Source: a virus
Lineage: Duplodnaviria > Caudoviricetes
DNA length: 64,000 nucleotides
Strand: one strand, 5' to 3'
Virus record (IMG/VR): IMGVR_UViG_3300015606_001334
Span: 224,001-288,000 of that record
The notes under the pieces are model-generated. The model was not told where the DNA came from, did not search any database, and was given only the letters and a program-made list of their open reading frames with translations. Shown piece after piece: positions 18,343-27,848 of this stretch (positions are counted from its first letter, which is position 1; each line of letters begins with the position of its first letter). The position numbers were made by a program, and so were the translations under genes.

Positions 18343-18991
18343 CACAACAATCGAAGAACTTTTCTCAAAATACAAGCTAGATTTCAGAATCCTTTCTGAT
18401 TACATTCGCGCTACCTATGACGCAACAACAATGAGAGGAATTCCTCTCAACGTCATCAAGGATAGCTTAAGCGACGGCCAAACTGCTTCAAAGCTTTGGG
18501 TAGTAGATGAGCTTGGAAAATTCCTAACCATCAAAGAGAAATCTATCGGAGTATTCGGTGGATGGGTTGGTTTGCTATGCAGATTCCTAGTTGAAATGAT
18601 AGGAACTCCAAAGATCGCTAACATTGAGCTAGACGAAACACTGAAGCTCATCAACAATTATGTTATGCTCGGTCACCAGGATAAATTCCGGTTCATTCAT
18701 ACCGACATGTATGCGTTTCCATACAACGACGATCAGTTCGATGTCTACGTGAACACGAGCGGCGAGCACATCCCTTCTTTGAAGCAATGGATAGAAATGA
18801 TTCCTGCTGGCAAAATCGTTTGCATTCAGTCGAATAATTTCTTCTCTCATGAGCAACATATCAATTGCGTAAACAATGTGACTGAACTTGAGAACCAAAT
18901 TCTTGAGGCATCAAACGTAAAGGATACGGTTTTTAGAGGAACACTGAAGTTACCGATTTACGATCGGTATATGGTGATAGCAAAAACCTAA
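18329..18991 (+). CDS. Class I SAM-dependent methyltransferase-like protein
   Basis: IGVFGGWVG glycine loop, NIELD, FDVYVNTSGEH. Confidence 0.7.
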   Translation: MPEYNTTIEELFSKYKLDFRILSDYIRATYDATTMRGIPLNVIKDSLSDGQTASKLWVVDELGKFLTIKEKSIGVFGGWVGLLCRFLVEMIGTPKIANIELDETLKLINNYVMLGHQDKFRFIHTDMYAFPYNDDQFDVYVNTSGEHIPSLKQWIEMIPAGKIVCIQSNNFFSHEQHINCVNNVTELENQILEASNVKDTVFRGTLKLPIYDRYMVIAKT

Positions 18992-19026
18992 AAAAGAAAA
19001 AGGGAGCCGAAGCTCCCTTTATTTTT
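18991..19026. terminator. Bidirectional intrinsic terminator
   Basis: AAAGGGAGC-cgaa-GCTCCCTTT flanked by A/T tracts. Confidence 0.85.
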
Positions 19027-19042
19027 GCGTCTAACCCGAAGA

Positions 19043-20887
19043 TTAACCTGGCATTTGAGCGCCAGTGTTAAGAACGCGGATTGGGATGTAAATGAATTCA
19101 GCCGCTTTTACTGGCTTAATTGCAACATCCAACCATAGCTCGTTTCTGTCGATTCGAGTTGCGGTGTTGTTTGATTCGTCGCAAAGTGTAACGAAGTCAT
19201 ATAGACCGCGCTTGATCAAGATGTCATTCAAGAAACCGTCGGCTGCTGCCTTGAGGTTGTCACGAGTGATTTGATCGTTTGGTTCGAAGACGAATGGGAA
19301 TGCACCCTTACGTAGACCACGCTTCATGTACATAACTAGACGAACAACGTTTACGCGGTCTAGAGCGGAAGCTGCAGATGCTGCAGTCTTCTGACCCCAA
19401 ATGATGATACCACGACCTGGGAAGTAAACGATTGGGTTGATGTTCTTGTAGAACTCGTATAGGTTGTCACGTTGACCTTGGTTTAGGTTACATTCAACGA
19501 ATGTAGTTGGAGTACCGAGCGCGCCGGTCACATAACCAACCTTTGAAACGCCAGTAACTAGACCACGACGAACACCAGCTGGAGCGAACCATAGTTCTGC
19601 AACAGAGTCGCTGTACGCATAGGTACGTAGTGCGATACCAGATGGAGCGCAAACAACGTCATTGCCGTCCAAGTTGGATGCTAGACCCCATGGGTAGTAG
19701 TAAGCAACGGAGGTAGAGTTGAAACGCTCAGAGGTATTTGCCCAGTTTGCGACTTCGTCTGGGTTCTTGAAGACTGGAGTATCACCGATTACGAATGCTT
19801 CGTCGTTAACTGCGACAGATAGAGCTAGCATTTCGTCAACAACTTCTGGGTAACCTGGACATACGATTAGGTTGTATTCGTACATTTCAGAACGAACTTC
19901 AGTGTTGCTGTTGATTTCAGCTTGTAGTGCGGTGCGGATCGCTAGACGTTTTGCTGAATCGCTTGGACCTAGTGGGTTGTTCAATAGAACTTCGATTAGA
20001 TTTAGCTCGAAATAATCGCCAGCTACGAATGGAGCGGAGCCATTCACAATAGTGAAGCTTACGTAGCCATTGTCGTATGGTGAACCGACGGTACCGTTTG
20101 CGTGAGGACCGGTCAAGGAACCAACTACGGTAAATTGGGTTGCAGAGATGAATTCGACTGCAATGGTTTCTGCAACTGCTAGATCGCCTACTTGTAGATT
20201 AACGAATGATCCGTTGCCGGTGCCAGTGTATGACGATGGACCATACTGTAGCGCAAAGGTGAAGTAATCACCAGCTACGAATGGGGTAGAACCTGCATTG
20301 ATAGTGAAACGAATCTTGTCGGAAATAAAGACTTGACCGACAGTTGCGATGCCGATTAGACCAGATTTAGAACCAGTTACGTTGAAAGTATTTGCGCTAG
20401 TTGCAACTACGGTGAACGACTCAAGTCTAACCATTGGGCTAACTGCTTGTAGACCAGTGATAGTACCATTACCTACGCCCATTAGATTTGGGGTGGTAGC
20501 AAGAGGGGTTCCGATACCGATAAATGATAGTGGTGCATCGGTTAGATCGACGTTTGCGCGAACAACAAAAGCTTTGTTGCCTACGCCAAGGTATTGATTT
20601 AGTGCAAATAGACCGTATTCGTTACGAGCGTCGCCATGATATGCTTCACCGCTAGCGTTTTGCCAGAAGTAAGGAATACCATATAGCTGTACAGATTGAC
20701 CTAGAGAGGTAACAGTTCTGACGACAGAGTGCTCATTTGTGCCTGCTGCTGGAGTTAGACCGTTAGGCTGCATCTTGCCGGCGCGAGTTGCGACGAAGAA
20801 TAGCGGAACGGTTGGAGCGGACACAGGAATGTAGAATGAGTCATCAATAACTGGGACTGTTACGCCAGGTGAAACTAATGTTGGCAT
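19043..20887 (-). CDS. gp18: Tail sheath protein, gp18-like
   Basis: LVSPGV N-terminus; YYPW, WFAPAG..RG, NPIV.FPG.G..IWGQKT, DRVNV.RL, FEPND, IKPVKAAEFIYI. Confidence 0.95.
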   Translation of the reverse strand: MPTLVSPGVTVPVIDDSFYIPVSAPTVPLFFVATRAGKMQPNGLTPAAGTNEHSVVRTVTSLGQSVQLYGIPYFWQNASGEAYHGDARNEYGLFALNQYLGVGNKAFVVRANVDLTDAPLSFIGIGTPLATTPNLMGVGNGTITGLQAVSPMVRLESFTVVATSANTFNVTGSKSGLIGIATVGQVFISDKIRFTINAGSTPFVAGDYFTFALQYGPSSYTGTGNGSFVNLQVGDLAVAETIAVEFISATQFTVVGSLTGPHANGTVGSPYDNGYVSFTIVNGSAPFVAGDYFELNLIEVLLNNPLGPSDSAKRLAIRTALQAEINSNTEVRSEMYEYNLIVCPGYPEVVDEMLALSVAVNDEAFVIGDTPVFKNPDEVANWANTSERFNSTSVAYYYPWGLASNLDGNDVVCAPSGIALRTYAYSDSVAELWFAPAGVRRGLVTGVSKVGYVTGALGTPTTFVECNLNQGQRDNLYEFYKNINPIVYFPGRGIIIWGQKTAASAASALDRVNVVRLVMYMKRGLRKGAFPFVFEPNDQITRDNLKAAADGFLNDILIKRGLYDFVTLCDESNNTATRIDRNELWLDVAIKPVKAAEFIYIPIRVLNTGAQMPG

Positions 20888-21058
20888 TGTTTTTCTCCTT
20901 AAAAAATTCCCTAAATGTTTGAATTGGAAGCCATTAAAGCTGGAATCTTAGGAATATTTATCGGATTTCGGCTTTTTATCTTATAAATCGATGAGTTTTT
21001 CGGTGAAAGGTGAAGTGTACCTATAAATAGGGATGAACCGTTTTCAACCGAAATTGTC

Positions 21059-21865
21059 ATGAGATTCAAAGAATACCTTCTAGAAGCACCACAAGACGAA
21101 GAAACAATTAAAGAGTTTTTAACTGAAACTCTTGGACTACACCCGTCCGATTTTCTCATCAAAGAAGATAATTCAGTTACTTTGTTCTCAGATCTAAATA
21201 TAGATGCAGTCCATGGTCAAACCTTAAAAAGGCTGCCAATTAAGTTCAACGAAATTGATGGTGATATTTGGATTAATAACTGTCAGTTGGAAACCTTAAT
21301 AGGTCTTCCAGCCATCGCAGAAAACATTTACCTAATCAACACTCGAATTAAGAGTTTGAAATATCTACCAAAGACAATTCACGGTGACTTGGTAATAAAC
21401 AACAACCGAAATCTTGCCTCTCTTGAAGGTTGTCCAGATTCCGTTCCTGGCGACTTTAGCTGTAGTGACAATCACGAATTGTTATCACTAGAAGGCGGGC
21501 CAAAAGAGGTTGGCAAAAGCTACAAAATCGATACTTGCAACAAGCTCAAGAGCATTGAGGGTATTGCATCAACTATCGGTAAACACCTCTCTATCTGTAA
21601 CAACCGTGGTCTTGACAACCTAGAAGGCATCAGTAGAAAAGTCAAGAGTTGCGGTGGTAAGCTTGACGTGTCTGGTAACTATTTCTCACGCGCCATCATG
21701 GGAGTAGTTACATTGAAGGGCATAACTGGTTTAGAATATAAATTTGGTGGCAAGGCATCGAAGGCCTTCGAAATTATCTTCAAGTGTCGTGAGGAAGGCA
21801 AGGATGCTCTTGAGTGTCAAGACCTACTCATTGATGCTGGACTACAGGAATTTGCAAAGCTATGA
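21059..21865 (+). CDS. LRR-like paralog family member (long form)
   Basis: TATAAATA at 21022..21029; MRFKEYLLE|A; LASLEGCPDSVPGDFSCSDN-type repeats; ends ALECQDLLIDAGLQEFAKL. Confidence 0.8.
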   Translation: MRFKEYLLEAPQDEETIKEFLTETLGLHPSDFLIKEDNSVTLFSDLNIDAVHGQTLKRLPIKFNEIDGDIWINNCQLETLIGLPAIAENIYLINTRIKSLKYLPKTIHGDLVINNNRNLASLEGCPDSVPGDFSCSDNHELLSLEGGPKEVGKSYKIDTCNKLKSIEGIASTIGKHLSICNNRGLDNLEGISRKVKSCGGKLDVSGNYFSRAIMGVVTLKGITGLEYKFGGKASKAFEIIFKCREEGKDALECQDLLIDAGLQEFAKL

Positions 21866-22698
21866 AAACCACATTCAAAAAACTTCTCATCAACGAATCT
21901 CAAACCAAATTTCTCAGTGAAGAGTCTGCTATCAGAGAATGGCTAGACAAAATGGGAGTTGAAGATTACTCAATCAACGGCGACATGACTGTATCGGTCA
22001 AGGGTCCTTTGTCTCTAGATGACAAAAATCTTGAAGAAATTCCGGTGAAGTTCAGTGAAGTCGGCGGATCCATTGATGTTACTAGCAACAAGTTAAAGCG
22101 AATTGACTGGGCACCAGCTACTGTGAACGGGGATTTTGACGCGTGGGATAACGAGATCGAGACCCTACAAGGTGGTCCAACTGAAGTCAAAGGCTCGTAT
22201 GACGTAGATGGTAACAAGATTACCGATCTTCATGGAAGCCCTAAAACCGTTGGCGTATCGTTCATCGTTTCAAAGAACCCTTTGCATGGACTTGCAGGTT
22301 GCCCTCAATCAGTTGGAAGTTATTTCAAAGCTGAAGCTTGCAACCTAACTGAGATTGACGACCTACCAAGATCTGTGGGTACTAACATCTACCTACAAGG
22401 CAATCATATTTCTTCGTTGAAGAACATCAACAAGTTCCTCAAAGAAGTCAACGCTAAGAATGATGCAAAGGGCGGTAAGGTCGTTTTGTCCGCTAACCCG
22501 ATTACTGCGGGCATATCTGCCCTACTAGCTATCAAGGGCTTCAAAGAAGTAGTCTTTGATGGAGTAAAGGGTCAGAGCAGCTCTTACCAAGAACTCATAA
22601 AGGTTGCCGAGATCATCAACAAGGGATTGAAGGCTAACGAAGATCCATTCGACATCCAAGAGAAGATTTTGGATTCAGATTGGTCATCCTTCGCTTAA
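21862..22698 (+). CDS. LRR-like paralog family member (long form)
   Basis: MKTTFKKLLINE|S; IETLQGGPTEVKGSYDVDGN-type repeats; ends PFDIQEKILDSDWSSFA. Confidence 0.8.
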   Translation: MKTTFKKLLINESQTKFLSEESAIREWLDKMGVEDYSINGDMTVSVKGPLSLDDKNLEEIPVKFSEVGGSIDVTSNKLKRIDWAPATVNGDFDAWDNEIETLQGGPTEVKGSYDVDGNKITDLHGSPKTVGVSFIVSKNPLHGLAGCPQSVGSYFKAEACNLTEIDDLPRSVGTNIYLQGNHISSLKNINKFLKEVNAKNDAKGGKVVLSANPITAGISALLAIKGFKEVVFDGVKGQSSSYQELIKVAEIINKGLKANEDPFDIQEKILDSDWSSFA

Positions 22699-22753
22699 GT
22701 CACTTTCGTGCCCGTATAATATAGCGGCCGCCACTGATAGGGAGGGGAGAAAA

Positions 22754-23038
22754 TTGTATCTGATTAGATTTAAAGAGACGGATTTCGATTTGATAGCTGT
22801 AAAGGAGTTGTTCTACATACAGAATCGGATCGAAGCTAAGCAAGTCGCTGAAGAACTTCACGAGTTCATTCAGGAAATTATTGCTAAGGCAAGTGCAGAA
22901 GGAATTCTTGGCTGCGTATTTATCCCTCAACTTGACGTTACGATTGTTTCGACCAGGAGTATTTGCTCGGTAGAGGCAATCGAACTAAAGAGATTCGAGC
23001 CTCTACCTGATCTTACTTACGAACATTTGCTCGCTTAA
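22754..23038 (+). CDS. Hypothetical protein
   Basis: TTG start preceded by GGAGGGGAG SD; TATAAT upstream. Confidence 0.6.
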   Translation: MYLIRFKETDFDLIAVKELFYIQNRIEAKQVAEELHEFIQEIIAKASAEGILGCVFIPQLDVTIVSTRSICSVEAIELKRFEPLPDLTYEHLLA

Positions 23039-23787
23039 GTTTTTCTTTCAGTGACGGTCAAGCCGTAATAAGTAGTGGAGAACGGTTGAAGTTCTCCATT
23101 TTCGTCATACTCACTCAAATTAAACCCTTCTAGGTCGCCGATTCTAGTGATGACTTTATGGACAATTTCATCCTTAACATCCAACGGAGTAGAGAGATAG
23201 ATAGGGATGGTGAAGTTCAAGGACCACACCAACATACGACGATCCGTACCCATTGGGTAGTTTTCCTCGTTATTGATTCCCATTAGCTCAACTGTAGTAA
23301 TCTTGGTCCAGTCAAAGCTTGCATCGCTTGTCTGAATTTGTAGGATTGGATCGAACAACATAAGAATCTGTTCAAGGATCTGATGCAATTGAAGAGTGTT
23401 TGAAGCATAGATCGCAATCTCAGTAGTCAAGTTGTATGGGATTGGCATAACACGCTTGACCACAGCTAGATCGTTAGGAAAAACTCCGCCGGCCGGCATG
23501 TACACTCTTGAATCTACAACGCCCACACCCTTACGACGTTCAGGCGCCAGTTCAATTCCTGTGATGTAGGCTGACATCTGTGGTAGAGTAAATGATCTAT
23601 TATGAGTGTTACCTTCCATGATAGCCGCGGTCACACGGTCCTTTGAGCCAACGTTAACTGGAACGTTCATCATTTCGATAGTTCCGTCCTCTCCCTTACC
23701 AGTTGCTACCTTCATTCCTGCGAAAATGGCGCAAAACTGTAGGAGATAAGAACGGAGTTGTTCGTCGTAGAAATAGTGGGTAATCAT
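23035..23787 (-). CDS. gp15: Tail sheath stabiliser/terminator, gp15-like
   Basis: YFYDEQLR.Y..QF..IF, VPV..G, LPQMS, PIPYNL, QILEQIL.LF.P; position after gp13/gp14. Confidence 0.8.
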   Translation of the reverse strand: MITHYFYDEQLRSYLLQFCAIFAGMKVATGKGEDGTIEMMNVPVNVGSKDRVTAAIMEGNTHNRSFTLPQMSAYITGIELAPERRKGVGVVDSRVYMPAGGVFPNDLAVVKRVMPIPYNLTTEIAIYASNTLQLHQILEQILMLFDPILQIQTSDASFDWTKITTVELMGINNEENYPMGTDRRMLVWSLNFTIPIYLSTPLDVKDEIVHKVITRIGDLEGFNLSEYDENGELQPFSTTYYGLTVTERKT

Positions 23788-23795
23788 GTTGTTCC

Positions 23796-24434
23796 TTATC
23801 TTAGCATTCTGTAGTAATTGTAGAAATAATCAGTAAACACTGAATTTTCGATTGCATAATACTCATCACAACAAACCATAATTTCATGCGATGAATAATC
23901 CTTCATAGCTGAATGAATATCATCGGTTCGGTATCTGGCGTTTGTTAAAACTTCTGCAATTTTGTCAAGAGTTTCTTGTGCATGTTCACCTTCACGCTTT
24001 GCTGCATAGCTGATTTCTTCAACATCTGAATAAACATCTTCAATGAAAGGCGACCAAGCATAAGAGAATTTTCCAATAGGCATAATCACATATGCTTTAC
24101 CAAAATTGAGAACCGTTTTCTGATCACCTGCACAGAAAATTGCGCCTGACCGGAACTTACTTCCTAATTCTTTTTCCATCCACTCGTCCATGAATTTGTG
24201 GATGTATTCTGGTGAATTCAAAGGAACACGATCTTTTCTAACTTTAGCACGATAAACGTCTTCAGCAAGTTCTTCCGCACGACGTCTAAACGAATCTACT
24301 CGAATTCCGCGATACAATCTAAAATCATCAACATCTACTACTTCATCAATAAATGGTTTGCAGTCATCAATAATTTGTTGCACAAGCTGTTTTGATATTT
24401 TGCTTGGTCCTTCAAGAAGAGCTCTTAATTTCAT
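23796..24434 (-). CDS. Putative ART-like internal head protein; paralog of 248..1132
   Basis: MKLRALLE|G; LYRGI, R..R.P, FRSGAIFC, YVIMP, HEIMV. Confidence 0.55.
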   Translation of the reverse strand: MKLRALLEGPSKISKQLVQQIIDDCKPFIDEVVDVDDFRLYRGIRVDSFRRRAEELAEDVYRAKVRKDRVPLNSPEYIHKFMDEWMEKELGSKFRSGAIFCAGDQKTVLNFGKAYVIMPIGKFSYAWSPFIEDVYSDVEEISYAAKREGEHAQETLDKIAEVLTNARYRTDDIHSAMKDYSSHEIMVCCDEYYAIENSVFTDYFYNYYRMLR

Positions 24435-26239
24435 AGCGATTTCAATGTTTTAGCGGTTGATGAAGATAACATTCTTTGAGCCGATGGTTTATGAGAAGAA
24501 TATTCACCTCTTCGGTCGGTTTCAATGTAGATCCACTTTCTCTTGTATAGAGAGAATTGGTAAAGTCTTGCTGGCACGTTCAATTCTGGTGCGTAAATTA
24601 AGCGGTAATACTGACCATCTTGGCAAGTGTCCATATCTGGAAGCTTGTAACCTTCTTCATATGGAGCGCCATCTGGTGGAATTGCGTCTTCAACATAAAG
24701 ATCACGGCCATCGTAGCTATTTAACTTTTCTTCCTTAGTGATCGCGTAAGCAGATTGACCTGAAGCTACATCGGTTCCGCCTGCAGATCCAATCTCTGGA
24801 ACTTTATCTGCAGCCATTGCTTTGATATTCTCAGTTGAAGTCAAATCTTGGGTGATGACTTGCTGAATTCCGCTAAAGAAGTCCGAATCATCGATAGAGT
24901 ATTTCTGAGATGTAACAGTCTTGATGATGTCACGATGCTCTTGGCCCGGGATCAGTTGTTGTGCGGTGAATCGATAAATCAATGGTGTCCAGCCTGGAGA
25001 ATAGCCTTCAGCAGACCATCCTGCATCGGTAACTTCAAGATACTTTTTGACGATATTCATGTTCTGATCATATGCGGCTTCAGGACACACTTCGATAATA
25101 TCGCCGATAATGATTGGACGGCCTAACTTCTCGACCATTGAGCTAAATGCAGTAGTAAATGCATATTGGTCAAGAATGTTGAAACCAAACTTACCCATAT
25201 CTCCTAGTGGATCAAACGGCTGGTACTGGCAACGCAATGTCTCAGAGGTCTGAGCATAATCTCTATCTCGGTTTTCAAGGAAGAAAATATCCTGAATGTT
25301 GTCAATAGAGGTTTGCTCATAGTCCATTAATTCTAGACGCGCGACTTCCCAATTCTCATTTGCTGAGACACCGTTAAACATCAATGGGACAAATCTCCAA
25401 TAACGAGAAGGGACAGAATTCTTAAACGAGATTGCGTTGATTAGATTGTCATCTGGAAGATTGACAATATCTACACGAATCCATTCTAATTCGAAATCAA
25501 AGGTGAAGGTGTCATTTACCAAGAATGGTAGAGAACCCGCCTGAATAGTGAATGAAAGGAAATTCGAATAGAAAGATTTACCGACTTCAGCAATACCCAA
25601 ACTTCCATAGGCAAGGGAAATAACTTGGAATTGGGTTGCGGAAAGAGCGGAAATCATGAACTTGTCTGTGACTGCTCTTGGGCCTTTTTTGACGTCAATT
25701 AATTGGCCATTACCAAATCCGTAAAATGACAGATTCTTTGGGATAAAATTTCCCAAGCTGCGGTCAATACGAATTTGAGATGCTCTTCTCTCACGTACGC
25801 CGCTTTGTTGAATTCTAAAGGTGGAAATACGATTCAAATTTGGTTGAGGTGGATCGTACTTCTCATTGCCTTGTTTAGTTTTCTTGGTTCCAAAGTCGTA
25901 GCCAATCCATGCGGCAGCAGTTACTGCCGCACCCTGCTGGGAAGACTTCCATGAAGGAGAGCCAACAGTAAAAGCGTTAGTGATGCTAGTATCTGCCGAA
26001 GTGCCGCCGCTCAATGGAAACCCTGCGCCTGTAAGATCAATCAACTTACCTTGCTCGTGAACACCTAGCAATTTGAAGACGTTAATTGGCGCACCAGAAA
26101 TCTCAAGTGTCTCGACTACGTATTGGTTTGCGAGAATCGAATCATTTGCTCCGCAAGGAGTATCAGATTGAAGTCTCCAAGTACCAACACAAGTCTCTGA
26201 CTTGAGAATTTGGTTCATTGCATTTGTACATTCTGCCAC
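24431..26239 (-). CDS. gp14: Neck protein, gp14-like, with inserted domains
   Basis: IQDIFFLENRDRDY, KFGF, LGRPIIIGDIIE; between gp13-like and gp15-like genes; GTG start. Confidence 0.65.
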   Translation of the reverse strand: MAECTNAMNQILKSETCVGTWRLQSDTPCGANDSILANQYVVETLEISGAPINVFKLLGVHEQGKLIDLTGAGFPLSGGTSADTSITNAFTVGSPSWKSSQQGAAVTAAAWIGYDFGTKKTKQGNEKYDPPQPNLNRISTFRIQQSGVRERRASQIRIDRSLGNFIPKNLSFYGFGNGQLIDVKKGPRAVTDKFMISALSATQFQVISLAYGSLGIAEVGKSFYSNFLSFTIQAGSLPFLVNDTFTFDFELEWIRVDIVNLPDDNLINAISFKNSVPSRYWRFVPLMFNGVSANENWEVARLELMDYEQTSIDNIQDIFFLENRDRDYAQTSETLRCQYQPFDPLGDMGKFGFNILDQYAFTTAFSSMVEKLGRPIIIGDIIEVCPEAAYDQNMNIVKKYLEVTDAGWSAEGYSPGWTPLIYRFTAQQLIPGQEHRDIIKTVTSQKYSIDDSDFFSGIQQVITQDLTSTENIKAMAADKVPEIGSAGGTDVASGQSAYAITKEEKLNSYDGRDLYVEDAIPPDGAPYEEGYKLPDMDTCQDGQYYRLIYAPELNVPARLYQFSLYKRKWIYIETDRRGEYSSHKPSAQRMLSSSTAKTLKSL

Positions 26240-26242
26240 GTT

Positions 26243-27751
26243 TTATCCAATCAAGAATGCGGTGTTGTCATAATCTACGCCACCATTACCAACTTCAAAG
26301 TCACGAATCTGACGTAGACATTCTTCAAAGTCCTGGCGTGCTTCGCTAATCAACATATCACCGTTGAGAGATAGACCACCGTTAGCTCCAGGTAGCGAAG
26401 GATATTTGGAACGGATCATACCAAGCATTTCTTTTAATTCAGCATGAGCCCATGACTGAAGCCACTGTTTTGCCCAGCGGTCAGTCAAGAGCTCCTGCTC
26501 GGTTCTTTCCATGACACACTCAATCACGACCTTTTCGTCTCTGTATAGCTTGCGGTAAAGCTCTAGTCGTCTAGTGTTCTCATTGAAATTGAACATTAAA
26601 TTGCCAGCAAAAATGCGTTCAAAATCCTCCGATAATGAAGCGATAAGATGCAAAGACAAAATATCAACCATGTTACCAGAGTAATATTGGTTGAAAAACA
26701 TTTGAGAATAAACTCCATTATCTCCTCCTAGTGTAGTAGCCCCTAGAGTATTAACTCTATGGATCTTTATTATGTTCACTATTTTATCAGTCCCTGCGCG
26801 AGGGTCATTGAGATAATAGATGCTCTGTTCTTTCTTTATAGTATAGAGTACGTAAGAACGATGGTAAGCATTATCTGCTCTACGACGGAATTCGTCAAGA
26901 GCGTTACCAATCGCAACGTTAAATGCTTCTTCAGTTAATTCAACACAAACAGATGGCCAACCCAACTGAACCTTCAAAACACGGATAAGGTTTGCTCTTT
27001 CGTCATAGCTTCCATCTGTACCAACGCCGATCTTATCGACCATTGGTGTACCTTCTTGTTGTCCAGCGGTCTTAGTCCATTCGGTACCGTTCCAAATGAA
27101 TAGTGTTTGGATATCGGTGTTGTAATAGAATTGACCAACTTGAAGGTTAGCAGTAGGAAACGCGGTTCCGGTCTGAACGGTATCAGTGCTTGCCAAAATC
27201 CAAGAGGTTCCATTCCACATGTAGACTTTGGCGTCTGATAAGTTGAAATAGGTTTGACCAAGAATTGGGTTGAGCGGTGGAGTAGGACTTCTATCCATAA
27301 CACTAGCTTGCGATGCATTTTCTTCAGCACCGAAAGACTGGTCAAGAGGATAAGAGTGAGCACCTGCAGTATGATACTGAAGGATGTTTGAACAAATATG
27401 GATGGATGCGTAGTATTGCTTGTCTGAAACTAGACCAGAAACTGAAACTGCTCTTTTAGTTAGGTCACCACCGAACTGGGCGTAGAATGCATCAACGACT
27501 ACAGCATTCCCAATCTTTGATGCTGGGGCGGTAATGTCTGAAGATGCAGTGTACTGTACCCCATCAGTCGGGAAGTTTGAAGGATCCATTGGCTTATCAG
27601 AGATAAGAACAATAGCTCCAGCAAAAACTTTGGCATCCGCAGGGATAGTCCAAGATAATGTAGCAGTGGTCAAAGAAGTACGAGTTAGAACAAGGCTAAC
27701 TAGACGTGCTTCAATAACAAGGTCGAAAACTGTGGTTTCAGTTAGGTTCAT
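26243..27751 (-). CDS. gp13: Neck protein, gp13-like, with N-terminal extension
   Basis: C-terminal half LG.P.V.VELT, W.Q....A..K..LG.IRSKY..LPG..G..SLNG..L..EA; late promoter at 27785..27791. Confidence 0.85.
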   Translation of the reverse strand: MNLTETTVFDLVIEARLVSLVLTRTSLTTATLSWTIPADAKVFAGAIVLISDKPMDPSNFPTDGVQYTASSDITAPASKIGNAVVVDAFYAQFGGDLTKRAVSVSGLVSDKQYYASIHICSNILQYHTAGAHSYPLDQSFGAEENASQASVMDRSPTPPLNPILGQTYFNLSDAKVYMWNGTSWILASTDTVQTGTAFPTANLQVGQFYYNTDIQTLFIWNGTEWTKTAGQQEGTPMVDKIGVGTDGSYDERANLIRVLKVQLGWPSVCVELTEEAFNVAIGNALDEFRRRADNAYHRSYVLYTIKKEQSIYYLNDPRAGTDKIVNIIKIHRVNTLGATTLGGDNGVYSQMFFNQYYSGNMVDILSLHLIASLSEDFERIFAGNLMFNFNENTRRLELYRKLYRDEKVVIECVMERTEQELLTDRWAKQWLQSWAHAELKEMLGMIRSKYPSLPGANGGLSLNGDMLISEARQDFEECLRQIRDFEVGNGGVDYDNTAFLIG

Positions 27752-27848
27752 TTATTTTCCTTACGTGTAGGCCGTAAATCACTATATTTATTTATTGATA
27801 TGGCTGACCGAATAAATATCTGTATCTAACTTTCTTACTAAGACTGCC

